A DNA stretch of 64,000 nt, taken from assembly GCF_009834535.1 (NCBI RefSeq), contig NC_045697.1, forward strand, positions 56,360,001-56,424,000, read 5' to 3'. The stretch is from Camelus ferus. Lineage: Eukaryota. Below the pieces are notes generated by a model. That model ran no database searches. It was not told the origin of the DNA and saw only the letters and a list, made by a program, of their open reading frames with translations. Both the position numbers and the translations under genes were made by a program. Positions 38,401-52,852 of the stretch are shown piece after piece; position 1 is the stretch's first letter; each line of letters starts with the position of its first letter.

Positions 38401-41400
38401 AAAGAAAAACAAAAACAACTTTATAACTCTCTATAAATAGCCTTGCACATTCTTGTTTATTTAGTTTTTAGCATTTTTTTTTCACTTTCCCCATATATAA
38501 AATAAAAGATGACTGTTGCTTTAAACATTTTTAAACATGATGTCACCGAGCTAATTCAAAAGTTTAACAATCCTTCACTCCCTACAAATAAGTTCCTAAT
38601 CAAGAAACATCATTTAAGACCTTTGTCATTTGACTCTAGGGATATCATTATTTACTCCTTTTTCACATTCCTAATACACATTTTTAGCTATTTAGTCACA
38701 CTGGACTGCTGTTAGTTTCCTGAAAAAGTTGGTCTGTATTTCTACCTGTCCACATTGTTCCCTTTGCTTGTAACATCTCATTTCTAAAACCAAAATAATG
38801 GAGACTCAGGTTAATCTGATGATCTTACCTCATACTGCAGAGAGAAATAGATGCAATTATTTAAGGACTAACTATCATATTTACCAATCTATATTGTCTT
38901 TTTTCCATTTGGGTCATTAAATATGGTATTCAGGTTCCTATCCAAATCCAACCCCTCCCCATGCTCTAGACCCCATTCCTTTTTACTTTCTCAAGGTCTT
39001 TGCATGAAAGTTAGCCTCCTTCTAGTCCAGTCTATAGGTTTATCCCTCTCTATTGCATCGTGACATCAGCATTAAAAACGTAACCAATTCTGGCAAAGCT
39101 CTGCATCTGGTTTGTGATTCTGATTCTTTGTTTGTGATTCTTCCTGAGTCATATATTAAATCTTCTAAATACTTTATATAAATGAAGCATATTATGATTC
39201 CTGTTAATTGAAAAGAAAACTAAAAAAGCATATAGCATATTTTAAAATGGGAGGGGGCTATTTATCACACAGAATAAATAAATAATTATGTGCCATGATA
39301 AATGTCAAAATGCTGGCATATAATTAAAAAGCAAAGATTGACATAGAATTTTCTGAACAAAAACAGAACAGATGTAGCATTTGATGGGTAGTGTGGAAAA
39401 GTGAGATTGTTGCAATTTGCCAAATTGACTGTCCTATATATCTTGTTGAAGAAATATTCTACTTAATAATTCAATGATTTTCTTAATTTTCTTCACTTGA
39501 ATGAAATTCTCATGGGAACTCGAAAATACACAAGGAGGAAATAATGTATGGTATATTCTCATCCAGACCTCCACACTCTAAACATTTGGGCAATAACATA
39601 TATGTAAGGAGAAAAAATGTTCTATCATAGCAACAAGCAGTCAAGGTAAAACCATGACTCACACACGCATATGAAATAACCATGTGTCATTTTTTTACTC
39701 AGTAATTGATATGTCAACCAGTAAGATGCTAAAACTAGTTATGGAATCAAAAGTTTCCAAGGAATAGACATGTATCGATGATTGGGCATACTAAAATAAA
39801 TTTGCTAAGATATGCAAAACTGCTCAATATCAAAAAGAAAATAAAATGTGATGTTTGGAATGATCTCTTCCACCCTGGTGAGTTGGGATAGGGGAAATCA
39901 ATTGCATCTTCACCAGACATAATTAATTATCTTCTCTGTAAACAGGAAGAACTTGCATCACCATGAGCCTTCCAAGTTAATGCCCGCCTAAAAAGAGCTG
40001 TGTAACAGACCAGTAAAGACAATGAAAGGCATACACCCCTGTAGAGCACCCCAAGTGTCCCCTAGAACCCCTAGCATTCCATGGAGAAGATACCCAGTAA
40101 TCATTTACTAATTTCAGAGCCTTTCACATTTTTTTCTGATACAAACATGTTCCACAGAGGAGGCAGTCCACTGAGACAGAAGATGACAAGGAAATCAAGT
40201 CTGACGTTTCCTGATTTTAATGCCCGTATAAACATACAGGTATCAAAACAAAACTCCATCTGACCTATTCTAAATTTGCTATAAACAGAAGCAGACTTCT
40301 GGACTGAAACTCTTTTTGATGCTCCTTCATTCTACTGTTTATACATGTGCTAACAGGAAAATATATTACTAATTGATATTATAATTAAAATATAACTAAC
40401 AAAACTCTCGATTTTAGTGGTCAGTGTTACTAATTTCCAACGTAAAATAAACATCAATACTACATTTCTTAAGCAAACATTATTTAAAGATATACAGAAA
40501 AGTCCGTGATCACTCTTGTCATCATATTATTTTGATAGTCTCAGCTTTTGAACACTGTCACTCTTAAACTGTCAGTACAGAAAATAAGATCTGACTTTAC
40601 TTAGAAATCAGTTTTTTATTTAGTTCTTCTAATTCTTTTCTGATCAGAATCCAGTGAGATAAATCTGAAAAAGTCTTATAATAAAAAAGAGAAAGATTCA
40701 TTTCAGTTTTTAAAAAAATTATATTATTCATTGGCAACATACAAGTAGTTCCCAACTGAGAATTCTATATTGTTTTCCATGGATTTTCTTTTCAAGTCAA
40801 AGAGAAATCTTTCATTCTACTTCCCTTTTTGCCTTTTCTAGTAATGTGAACCGTTTCATTGGGCATTAACCTCCCTGAAACCATTAAGCCCTTTGTATTA
40901 ATTCACACTGGAAAAGTCTAGACAGTTGACTGGTGAAAAGGTCCATATCTGAGTTGTATTGTTTTTCCATCAGGATTATTAATACTATAAGAAAATTGTT
41001 CACAAAGGCATTCTCCTTCTTACTGCATTTTAATAAGCTGCTTATGCTAAGCAGGTGCCTGCAATTGTTGTGCTTTTAAGAGGGGTACACACATCTATCC
41101 AAGGGATAAACAGATGAATCTGCTTCAGCTGAGTCATTTACATGTCTCTATAAAATATGTATGACCGAATTTACATATCAATGTAAATAGGAATAGTTAG
41201 ATGTTCCTTTTGGCTCATCTCAAGAGATAAAAGTAAGAAAGATACTAGGGATTTAGAAAGATTATCCTGAAATTCTCATTAAAACTATACAATACAGGTA
41301 CGAAAGTAAAATGCATACAGATTAAAAAAATATTCTAAGCATTCTGAACTCTAAAACCACTCAAAATTTCTCTCAGGAGCACACATTTATGTATTTGAAT

Positions 41401-41654
41401 TCTAGGTCATCACTCTGAAAAAAGTTCTGGCACAAATTACTTGAAAGTTCTGAGATTTACATAAAATTGGTAGCAGTGTTAAATATGATTCTATAGGATT
41501 CAGCTTTGGCTTTTTTTTTTTTTTTAACATATACAGGATATTTACTACATTCTTAGCCTGAAAAAATACCAAAAATTCTCTCTAGAATTGGAGAAAAGTG
41601 ACTATAAATGGGGATTAGACTTTTAAACTTGGATGTATAAAGAGCAATATACTC

Positions 41655-41790
41655 CTAATCAGTATTTTTTGCTAAAGCTTGTGAGAAATGCAGAATCTCT
41701 GACTCTTCCCCAGACCTAAAGAATCACGATTTGCATTTAACTCGATGCCCAGGTGACCCACATGCATATTAAAGATTGAGAATCACTGCT
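41655..41790. mobile_element. MER5A/MER5A1-like fragment
   Basis: gaaatgcagaatctc...ccccagacct...tgcatattaaagattgagaatcactg. Confidence 0.75.
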
Positions 41791-41850
41791 TTAAATGGAT
41801 TCATGCCTTCCACATTAGGTGACTTCAACCCATCCTTCATGAAATGAGAT

Positions 41851-41922
41851 TTTTTTTAAACATTTTTTTATTGAGTTACAGTCATTTTACAATGTTGTGT
41901 CAAATTGCTGTGTAGAGCACAA
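41851..41922 (-). mobile_element. Short (72 bp) camelid-type L1 3' end with 12-bp TSD
   Basis: poly(T)aaacatttttttattgagttacagtcattttacaatgttgtgtcaaatt...tgtagagcacaa; TSD ATGAAATGAGAT at 41839-41850 and 41923-41934. Confidence 0.88.
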
Positions 41923-44809
41923 ATGAAATGAGATCTTAACACTGAGACACTGCCACATTATCACAATATACTCTAATGTGAAAAAAATTCTTATACAAAA
42001 TATAATTGAAAACTATGTCTCAATACTGCAATCATATTGATTTTATTAAAAGATACACTAGATGATCTTGCTGCTTGACTATGTATATAGTTTTCACTAT
42101 GTCTCTAAAATAAAATCAATCCCCTGACATACAAAGTCTAAACTGACTTGGTCACAGACCAATCAGGTCACAATCGCATAAAATTTTGCTCTCTAGATAT
42201 AGTAAACACTTGCAATTTTTGGAACTCCTATTATCTTTCTTGCCTCTGCACTTTTTACATACAAATTCTTCAGGCTAGATTGCAACATTTACTTTTACTC
42301 CTCTCTTTCCAGCTGATGAACCTTCTATCAATTATACGCACTGTGAAGACCTGACTAATTCCAAACTCTATTTGTTACAACACTTTAGTCATATTCCTAT
42401 GAGATCTCCCTTTGCAACTCCAATATACATATTCACATACATGTATATGTCCAAATCTGTTTCACACTGTAGATATAAAGATAGCAGAGTTATTCCATTC
42501 ATGTTTACAACCCTATGCCATAGACATAGTACACCCTAATATGGGAAAGAATGCATGAAAGAATATAAGAGCATTCCAGTGCCCTCCAGTTTTTTACATT
42601 CATGTTTAGTCTTAGAATAGCATGCCATGACAGTTAGAAGGCCACGTATAGTATTTACTCCATTGGTAGAGAATCTGAATATTACCTTGAAAGAATATCT
42701 CTTCTTTCCCACTCTTAGAGCCTTAAAAAATATAAACAGGGAGAGAGAAAAACGATGCATCTGTTTTATGCCACCCATCTCTTAGCTGTACAAGAATTTG
42801 GAGTCTATCGTATTAGGATACCTAGTCCTACCCAACTGCCGGTTCCTCTGTTATTCACAAAACATAAGCAAGGCAGTTAACAAAAGGATAACCTAAGTCT
42901 ACTTCCTGTAATGTGTAGACGAACGGGTGGTCAAAATCCTTTCAAAGACTCTTTCAGCCTTCGTATTGTATCATTCTATAATGAAATTTAGATAAGCAAA
43001 TTGCTGTGCATAAACATAGAATAAATACAGAGAAAACAAAGAGAAATGCTTAGGGCATAAGCAATTAAACTCATTTAATTCTATAATATCCCAGAAATAT
43101 TTGTATATTTTGGAACATCTGAATAGGTATAATTTTCAGTATTTCATGACAAATTACATTATTATAATCATCTACATCTAGTTACTTCATTATTGGTTCA
43201 ATGTAGAACCTTTACATATAATTTAGAATGTGAGGCAAGCCAATGGGATTTCTACTGTTGGAACACTGAAGTCTTCTCTTCACCCACATAGTCATTTTAT
43301 ATCTAAAATGCCTTCTATTTTCTTTAATAGGCTCACCAAGTGTTATATTTACTACCTGTCTGGTATTTTCCTTCATTCATTATTTATTGATTGCTTACAA
43401 GCAATTATTGAGAAATCTAAAAAATAAAATAAAATTTTTTAGCCATAAAGATAATCATGAGATAAGCAAAGGAAAGTGGGTTGGATCTGGAGTGTAGACT
43501 TTACATACTGTAGATTTTTACATACATGTAGTAAAAGTGAGAAGAGAATCTGGAGGTGGAGGCTGTAGTAGATGACAATATACAGGATTAATACTCTGTG
43601 CAGGTCTGCCGTTCACATGCAGCCTCCCCATCTAAAGGGACGATGCTCGATGGAGTCTGGCGTCTATGTCTCTCCAGCCCTAATGCTAAGCATGGTTCTA
43701 AGTAGTGAATCTGAAGATTACTTTTCTTCTTCAATCCTGACAAAGTAACAGCTGTTATTTTCAGCCATTGCTTTTCTCTATCGACTCTATTTCTTCTTAC
43801 TAAATCTCATGTTAAATAAATCCCAGAACTTTTCAAGCTGTTTTTCACCTCTCAGCTTTTTTTTTTCTTAAACATTTTTAAGTGGGATAATTTAATTGCA
43901 GTTTACATTTTATTTTTCTTCAATAGGATAATTCTTCAGATTGGTCTTCCAGCCTCCTCATTTGTGTTTTGTGTGCAGTATTTTTCAATAGAAATGATAT
44001 TTTTCCTTTCCTGGGTCTAAAAATAACATGTATTTGTCATAGTCTCTTCTTGCCTTCTTCCCCATCGGTGCAAGAGCCTTCACTGTGTCTGAGACTCCCA
44101 CACATTTCTATTCTGAAGCTATTCTTTGATTTCTCTATTTATCATTTCCTGGAGTTGCATTTTCTCTTTGTCGATTTTTTTGTGTTTATTTTTAAGGCTC
44201 ATTTTTTTTTTCCAAGTTGTGGGTCATGTTCTGCATCACAATGGTCCCATCTTCTTCTGGGACTGTGTCTGTGAGCCTTCCAGGCCTGGTTACCTTGGCC
44301 CCTGGGTGGAAGCAAGAGCAGCAAAGCATCTAGTGGGGCCGTTGAGGGTGAAGGTCAGGCTTTCCGGGGCGGCGGGAACTATCATTTCTTGTCTGCTTCT
44401 TTTTCTAAACCTGCCTCTGATTCACAGATGGCTCCCTTTCCTGTTCTGAGTTCTGTTTTGAATTCAATTACATATTCGTGAAACCCCTCAATGTTTTCTG
44501 TGGGCTTTCTTGGGAAAGCTTGGTGCTCCATCTTTAAAACAGAAGTACAGTTTCAAGCACACAGTTTTTTAGACAGACTTAATCTTAAAACTAGAACACA
44601 TAGCATTTCAGTTTGGCCTTGAAAAATAGATTTGTGTTTTACCTTCTAGGATGGAGTGGGGAGGGGCTAAATGGAGTCAGGTCTTCCTTTAGCAATGCAT
44701 GGAAGTTAGAAGCACAAAATATATTCAGAGAATCGTGTTAAAATATATTTCATACATATATTTCTTAAATATATACACATAAATATTTTATGGTTTAAAT
44801 GTCAAATGC

Positions 44810-45050
44810 TAATCTATCAAATGTTCTATTAAGTCCTTCAGCTAACAAGATGAGGCCCACCTATATTATGGAGGATAACTTTCTTTACTCAAAGTCCAGT
44901 GATTAAAATGTTAATATCATCCAAAAAAAAAAAAAAAAACCCTCAAAAAACACAAAACCACCTTTACAGAAATATCCAGAATAATTTTTAATCAAATATC
45001 TGGGCACTGTAGACCAGTCATGTCAACACATAAAATTTACCGTCATGATG
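44810..45050 (-). mobile_element. MLT2-type LTR fragment
   Basis: gatgaggcccacc.atattatggagg...ctttactcaaagtc...ccagaataat...aaatatctgggcac...cacataaaatt. Confidence 0.8.
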
Positions 45051-45576
45051 GCATAATCAGATCTGTTCTTTAAGAAGATAATTACAGCAGTGATCAGCAG
45101 AATAGATAAGAACATGGAGATTTTGAGGGCAAAGACACTCTTGAAATACTTAAAGAGTAGGTTAATAGATTCTAGAGTAGTGCTACAAATCAGGATAGAG
45201 AACAGAAAGGCTATATCCAAAAGTAATTATAATAATTTTGATAAGGTCATTATGTATCAAAATATTTAGTAAACATTTGGTGTTTAGAAACTCGAACAAA
45301 GAAGTGGATCAAGAATCAAAATGCAAGTTGATTAATCACACAGAAGTCAGAATTGAATCTATATTTATTTTTGAAAGCCTTGAATAACACGTAGTTTATT
45401 TTAATAAAATATTTAATTTTCATTAGCTTAAAATAACAAGATGATGCTTGAAGTCACAGCTATTTAAAAATTGTTAAGCTCAAGACTCATATTGGGAGAA
45501 ATTTTGTACTTTGGTTTCTGTGAAGAAAGTAATCCTAAATATTCCTAGAGACAATCATGTAGTTGGTATTGAAGAA

Positions 45577-45659
45577 GGGAGGGTACTAGCTCAATGGTAG
45601 AGTGCATGCCTAGCATGCATGAGGTCCCAGGTTCAATTCCCAATACCTCCATTAAAAAA
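45577..45659 (+). mobile_element. tRNA-derived SINE of camelid type (Vic-1-like)
   Basis: gggagggtactagctcaatggtagagtgcatgcctagcatgcatgaggtcccaggttcaattcccaatacctcca plus A-tail; A box TAGCTCAATGG, B box GGTTCAATTCC; degenerate TSD agttggtattga / agtcagtattaa. Confidence 0.85.
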
Positions 45660-48600
45660 GTCAGTATTAAGTGTGATTAATGATAGATTTAAGTTAATAT
45701 TGCTGGCCATTTTCTACAGTGAATATTGTGTGATTTAGTTTAATATAAAGCAGTCATACTGCTATGCTTCGATGCATCAATCAATAAATCTTATTTGTAT
45801 AGGAAAAATATTAAATTCAATAATCACAAAAGTCAGCAGCTCATTATATGTAGCTGTTGCATCAGCTCAGCTGTGCTCAACTGCCTTAGAATCATAAGAC
45901 TGTAATGGGCTACAAGAGGTCATTATTGTCCATCACCTGCGTAGCTGTGCTGAGCGGACTGTAACAGTATTAGAAATTTAAGATGACCTCCTTTATATGT
46001 GATCAACCTCCTATTTTTTTTTTAACACTCTGACTCATTTTCAGTTGATTTTTAATTATATTCACTACCTTTCAATTACTGGTTTAGAAAACTTTTAAAA
46101 AGTTGTCAGAAACACAGCTGTTTTTATTAAGCTCAAGGTTTTAATGTTTTGATTTCCATCTGTCATCAGCAAAGCTTTATTACATTTCACACACAAAAAG
46201 CCACTCTGGTCTCTTTTGTTTGTTTCTTTTTACAAAGAATGATACCAATTTCTCTTGTTTTGTCAATTTTTGCAAAATGTGATTTAATGTTACCTTGCAA
46301 GAGAAAACTGTTGTTTCTTATATTAACATATTTAAACAAAGTACAAATAGAAAGAAAATAAGATGACTTACTTTTAGTTTTTCAACAATAGAGGTAATGG
46401 AGCTAAAGTCCAAATACATTGTTTTCTCTTTCTGAACAAACTCCTTGGTTGATATGCTTCCCAGGATTATACACAATTGTAATTCTTAGATGTCTTATCA
46501 TAAGGCTTAATAGAGCAAGCGAGAGTACCCTGACATTGATATATGCAGTTTAAAAAGTAAAAGAAAAAAAGACAGTCAAAATAGGAAAGATAATAGTTGC
46601 TGGTGCCAAAGAAAACAAAACTGGTTTGGTGATATGGGTGCTGTGCAAAATCTTTTTGAAGTCATGCCAGGTTTTCCATAGCTAGTTTCTCTAGAGGCTT
46701 AAAATTACATTATCTTCAAAACTGCCTTAAGATTAAAATAATGCAGGGAGGTGAGGTGGGGGTGCGAACTAACAAATTACCAGAATGGAAATTGGAGTTT
46801 AAAGGCTGACAGAAAAAAAAAATCAAGAAAATATTAATTTTCTGCCTAAAAATAGTATGTGTGTTAATGAATTATTCATGTCCATGGAATGTCTTCTTAC
46901 AAATACATACTTGCATTTACCATTAAAATGGTTCTAGAGTAATCCTTTATTGAGAACAGGTACTGCCACTTAATGCTGGGGATAAACTTCAAAGTTTTAG
47001 AAACAGGAAACTTAACGATATTTTATGTATTGAGGTAATGTTTGAAATCTTTTCTTTTGCAAAACTATTTTAAATTAATTATTTTTGTCAACATGAAGCA
47101 TGTACCTAGATTTTTAAAAAATTGGACACTACAGAAATCTTTGTAAGAGCAAGGGTCATGCCCGGACCTACTTCTTTGCAACTTCTGCGCCTCATAGGCA
47201 AATATTTCTAATCTTTCCAGATGTTTCTTCTGCTATTTCAGTTCCTAAATATTGTGCTCCACTGCTATTTTTGGCTTGCCAGTTGTAGATTTCTCTAGTT
47301 AACAGTTATGATGTGTGAGATCATAACTCTGATCACCCATGCTTATACCCTGACTTTCCCCCTTTTCAGTCTTCCCATGTAATTATAAAGCTGCTTAATT
47401 TAAACCACCAGTTAGAGTTTTCCTTATTATTATCTGTAAAAATATGTTCACTGAAGAACCGAGTAGTGTACTTTATACAACTAAATTTCCTTTCTTATAT
47501 ACCTGCATTTTCTGGAAGTTAGTGGTTGCTTTATTTTCTTCAGAGGTTGAATTGTTCATATATTTGCATTAATTTTTCTCACATGTTCCCTTCGACACAT
47601 AGTACTTTTCAATCCGTAAACCCTTATCAGCTAACCTCTCAGTTTCTTTATTCCCCCTCACAATCCGTCTTCTGCTCCCTTCGACAGGGCTGCTCTCTGA
47701 GGTGCTGCTCTTTGTCATCTTAGGACGGCCCTTCACCGTTTTTCCTCTTGGGCCTTCTGTCTTATACTTCATGTTTTTCTCTTAATTGGTGTTCTCTTTT
47801 ATTCCCCGGAGCACATGCTCTACAAGATATTCTTCTAAGGAAGAATGCGTGCGGCGTATGTGTTTCGAATCTTAGAATATATAAGAAAGTTTTTATTCTC
47901 TGCTCACACTTGATTGACGATCTGTATATATATGCTTTACTGTGCCTGATTCAACCGAAAGAGCCTATTTTCTCATCTGTATAATAAAGAAAACATAAAA
48001 ATAAGAATTATGTGATTCTAATTAAATTACATGACTACTGTTGATCAGAACTACATGGTCTCATTTCACTCTTTCTTCAGCACTATTCATGTGATATCAA
48101 TAATTTCTTTTCTGGGAAAATTGCCCTACTTCTTGACATACTTCCTTTTAAAGTTTACATTTAGTAAGAATTTTTTTCTTAAAAAATTTTATTAATAAAT
48201 TTAAAATAAAGCATTTACCTCTCTTCTCTTATCTAAGAGGAAATGCCTTATCTGTTTTTCAGTTTAAATCATTAAAAGCTTGGGTATAGATATAATAATA
48301 CTATAGTTGCTTCAATTATCTTTTATTTAAGGAAGGAAATTTTGACAGAATATCATAAAATATTCTTAGAAACAAAGGCTCAATTACTTCTCAGTAGATA
48401 CTGGCACAATATTTAAAAAAAAAAAAAAACTCTGTCACAACAAATACAGAATATACTTGTGAAAATACATGGGTTGGAGCTACCTACGCCCAATCAGTAC
48501 CTGTATGTAAGTCTAGGAAATGGGAAGATGAGAAAAAGGACAATTGGAGGGTAAAAGAGGTTCCCCGCCCTGGGGAGCAGATAATGGAGAAGCTAAAGTA

Positions 48601-48779
48601 CATAATTTTTTCTGCAATTGGCTTCCGGACAGGTGAGCATATTCTTGGCTTTAGAAAGTAGTGTCTGGAAATACAGGACGTTGTTTTCAGAAGGACCTCT
48701 TGAGTTTTTAATATAAGTTATAGTAATAAATACAAGAAAAAAATTCACTCTATGGAAGTAATGGTCAACACATTCATTA

Positions 48780-49670
48780 GAACTTCAAAACTTAGTTAAT
48801 TTACCTCGTATTTCATAAAAATGTAAAACTCCAACAAACAGTAACAACACATCACTATAAAAAAACATTGAGAAGGAAATAACTGGGAAAAATTTGCCAT
48901 ATGTATGGCAGATAAACATTATTTTTTAAAGTCTTGTAAACCTACACTGTACATACATAAATATGCTTGCAATCATCAGTAATAATAAAAAAATAATTAA
49001 AAGACAAGTTAAATAAAGAGATGCCATTTATCCTGATTGACACTTTAACCCATTTTAATTGGTGAGGGTATGTGAAAATAATCACTATCATATCCTATTG
49101 ACCAGTGTGGAAATCTGTTCGACCTTTTTGGAAGGCAATATGCATAAAAATTAAAAATGTACATACACTTTGACCCAGCAATTTCACCTCTAGTGATTTA
49201 TGCAAAGAAAAATAATTGGAAAAGTACAAAGATGTATGAGGATATTTTTCATCATATTATTTATGATATCAAAATAGCAACCTCAACTAACATGTCAACT
49301 GGGAAGGATTTGGGTAAATAAATTATGACACCTCACATTGTGTGAAGCTAGGTAACCATTTTAAGGGCAGTAACAATTCTTTATTAATGGTATGAAATAT
49401 TCAACACATAACATTAACTTAAAACAACCAACTTCTAAGATATTTTGGAAGTTTGACCACTTTTTTTTCTTTTTTTTAGGGGACAGAAGGTAACCCACAC
49501 CCATACCCATATACAGAAATAAATCTGGGAAATTATGTAACAGATTCTTAAAAGTAACTATCTTTAGGTGGTTAGTTTGTAGGTAACTTAAACTTAAAAT
49601 CTTTTAATTCTATTTTCTGTTCTTTGAACATGAGAATATGTTGCATTTTTATCAGAAAAAAATTAATTTT
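48780..49670 (+). mobile_element. Ancient L1ME-type fragment (ORF2 end and 3'UTR)
   Basis: ctttttggaaggcaat...catacactttgacccagcaatttcacctctag...ggtaaataaattatg. Confidence 0.8.
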
Positions 49671-51409
49671 TTATATTTTAAAAACACACATATGTCCAAA
49701 TGTAAGGGTGATTATAATGAACTGAATTACCTGTTCCTATTTATTATTTGATCAGATGAAAGAAAAAACTGAATGTTTAAAGCATCTACTTAAAAAGCTC
49801 ATAATGATTACTACTATCACATAGTCAACTTCAAAGGTAACTCATGCCAACAATTATCAATAATAAGATGTCCTAAGATGTGTTTTTTTCTCCTCAGTGA
49901 CACAAGGCATGGTCTATAAATGCTAATGAAATTCCAATGTGTTAATATTTATTCTACCCAAATACAAAAGTAAATAGATTAATAATATAATTTTTTCTGT
50001 AAGGGCCTCAAAATTAATACAGATGAGATTTTAAAATGTTTTTAAAGCAGAAATCAATTGAAAATTAATTTGAATTGGAAAGTTCCAAGGGATGACTTTA
50101 TGAGATCTATTTTGTAAATTAATTTCTATTGATATAATCGAAAAATATGAAATTTAGGCCTTCCATTCAATAACAAAAATATCTAAGTTCTCCTACACAT
50201 AAATTTAGTAGCAAAAGGTCAAATTTCAAATTTACATCAGATTTATTGAGCTCTCAGAATTTTTAGCTCCACTGAGTAACATTTCATTATTTGCCAAGCA
50301 TCTTTGCTGCTGTCTTTTAAAATATTATTTTTAAAAGTGGATAGGGTCCAGATGAACAAAGAATAATGTTTTAAAACTTAAGCAACGCCAAGAAGTGGGA
50401 AAACACCCATCATGAACGCTGTTCTTTACTGTTCCCACAAAGCTTCTGAGTCAGTTCTAATTAGTAAATAAATGTGCTTGCAAGTGTGCATTTTTAACAA
50501 CACACAGAGTGCCAGAGGTCAGCCATTATTTACATAAAAATGGGAACTGAGATGGCAATGCAAAATCAGATGTTAATACAAAAGGCAAAATGTTAATGAG
50601 AGAGGCTCCTGGAACAAAAGACATTATCCTAGAACATTGAGTTCTTTTGATTATTCATTCTGTACATTTGTAAGTAGGTTCAAATCACAATTAAAATAAA
50701 AAGCTATGAGGTGCTTGAAACATCAGGGAGCAATGATGCTCAAGCCTTGCCAATCTTTACCGCTGGAGAGATGAAGATAGAGGACCCAAATGGATGAGAC
50801 CCGTGATCTAGAAGTCGCTGAAAATAGACTGGTCATAGACATGGAATGCCAAGTAACATTACTGAGTTAAATGGTCTATGTATGTCAGGAATGAGTTGGA
50901 AGCATACAATAAAGAGTTTAATAAATATATAAACTGAAAATTTCATATGTGGTTTTTTTTATTAAGTAGTAGTTTGATAAAATTAATACTCTCTTAGAAT
51001 TTCAGTTTTAACAATGCCCTGGCAATTTTGCTGTTAATATTGTTTTATTTTTCCTGGCTAAGGCTCTAGACTTGGGAAATATATATATAACTTTAGTAAA
51101 TGGGTTTAAAGCACTTTTCAAATAATCTTTTCTTTTTCTTCTCTACAAGTCACAGTGATACTCTTCTCTGAAAGTTGATTTGTAACTCTGACCTACTCAA
51201 AAAAAGATCAGGATATAATTCTAATTTTAATTAGATAAACTGATTATATGGAAGTTTTGTTAACACAGACCCCACTTATTCAGGTAATTATTAATGATGT
51301 GCTTCAAATTCTTTAAAATCTTGTTTTGCTTGAACAGCAATCCTATATTCAAACTGGTAGATCTAGCAAATAATTATTAATGTGTGAGTACACTTATGAT
51401 ATTATTATA

Positions 51410-51822
51410 ATTAAAAAAAAAGAAACAAGAGGCCCAAAATGGAGTCACTTATGCTAAGCTCCCCATCAGGAAACAAAGACTTAATATCTAACCTAGATTC
51501 AGTTTCAGCCTCTACTAGGAATGTTATCTTTAACCAATCAGTTTGGAATGACCTGGTCAGCACTAGTGAGGTAATCTCCGTGATTGACTCCTGCCTTTCC
51601 CCAAAGGATGGTGACCTTGCCTGAAACAGTCCACTCTTTTGCTAGAATAAGTTCCTTGCTCTGCCTCCTTCTGCCTATAAAATCTTCTATATATATATAT
51701 ATATATATAGCTTCTCAGAGCTCCTTTCTATTTGCTAAATGGGCTGTTACCCAATTCATGAATTGATGAATGAAGACAATTAGATCTTTACTTTTTGCTC
51801 AGTTGAATTTTGTTCTTTAACA
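51410..51822 (+). mobile_element. ERV1-class solo LTR
   Basis: ggcccaaaatggagtcacttatgctaag; CCAAT (aaccaatcag); TATA (cctataaaa); ends ttgttctttaaca. Internal (TA)n at ~51688-51709. Confidence 0.75.
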
Positions 51823-51849
51823 TTATTATTAGGGTTTCCCCTCAGTCCT

Positions 51850-52545
51850 TGAAGATATGAACTCCTGACTCATTTTCTCAGCATGTATTGCAGTAACTAT
51901 GGGCCCGTCTCTTAAGAGCATCACATTTCTCATTTATGCCTCCATAGCAATACCAAGTGTTTGACAATATTAGTTTTTCCATTTCACAGTTGAGAGTTTG
52001 AAAACTTAGCTTGTCTAAGGCCTCAGTGGTAGAGTTGGAACTTCAATGCCAAAAATCCAATTCTGGACTTTGCACACATCACCACATTACTTTACTCCTT
52101 CTATACATAGAGTTAAAAAGGTGTAATGAATCTACTCATTAAATAAAGCTATTAATGTTTCAGATTATTAATGCTTTCATTTTAAAATACAGTTTTTGAA
52201 ATTACATTTTAAAATATTTTTTAATTCAGAATTTTTCCTTTACTAGTATGCCCCTCACATTTGAGAATTAATGTGATTGTGTCGTATTTTCTCATGTATT
52301 TGCTAGGTTTGCTAAAGTCACTGTAAGGTGGGTTTGCATTCTGGCTCTATCACTAACTGCTTGTGCAAGCATGGCAGGCTATGGAATTTCTTTTTGCATG
52401 GGCTTCTCCAGTTAGATAATGGGAATGATAGCATTCATACTTCACAGGGTTTTGTATAAGATAGCAAAGAATTAATCCATGTAATGTACATGGAACATAG
52501 CCTAGCTCACAAAAAAGTGCTAGGTATAGATTTCATTATTAAGTT
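51850..52545. mobile_element. Two MIR SINEs (minus ~51850-52090; plus ~52310-52545)
   Basis: ccatttcacagttgagagttt...ttgtctaagg; ttctggctctatcactaactgcttgtg...cttcacagggttttgtataagat. Confidence 0.65.
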
Positions 52546-52852
52546 GTTCTTTGTTAGATATTAAATGCAATTTGTCAAATTAGTCAAAAAAATTTTATGG
52601 AGCTAAAATGTGTAAAGTATTATCCAAAGCATAACAAATTGAAGAGTGGGCCAGAGAGCTCCATATGCTCCTTAAAGAGTTTTCTATCTCTCTTCTCCCT
52701 CAACGCCAATATTCACAGTCCCCCATTACAGCGTACTTAGAAGACCATTAGGGCTAATTTAATCATACCTTTGCCCTCTTCACTAAGGCCATGCAAAATC
52801 CTAGGATGCCTGAGTCATCCTTTACAACCTGGACCTCATCCAGTTAGAGGAC

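Noticed and set aside
45577..45651. Functional tRNA gene
   Set aside because: Imperfect stems, an A-rich tail and a degenerate TSD fit a SINE copy.
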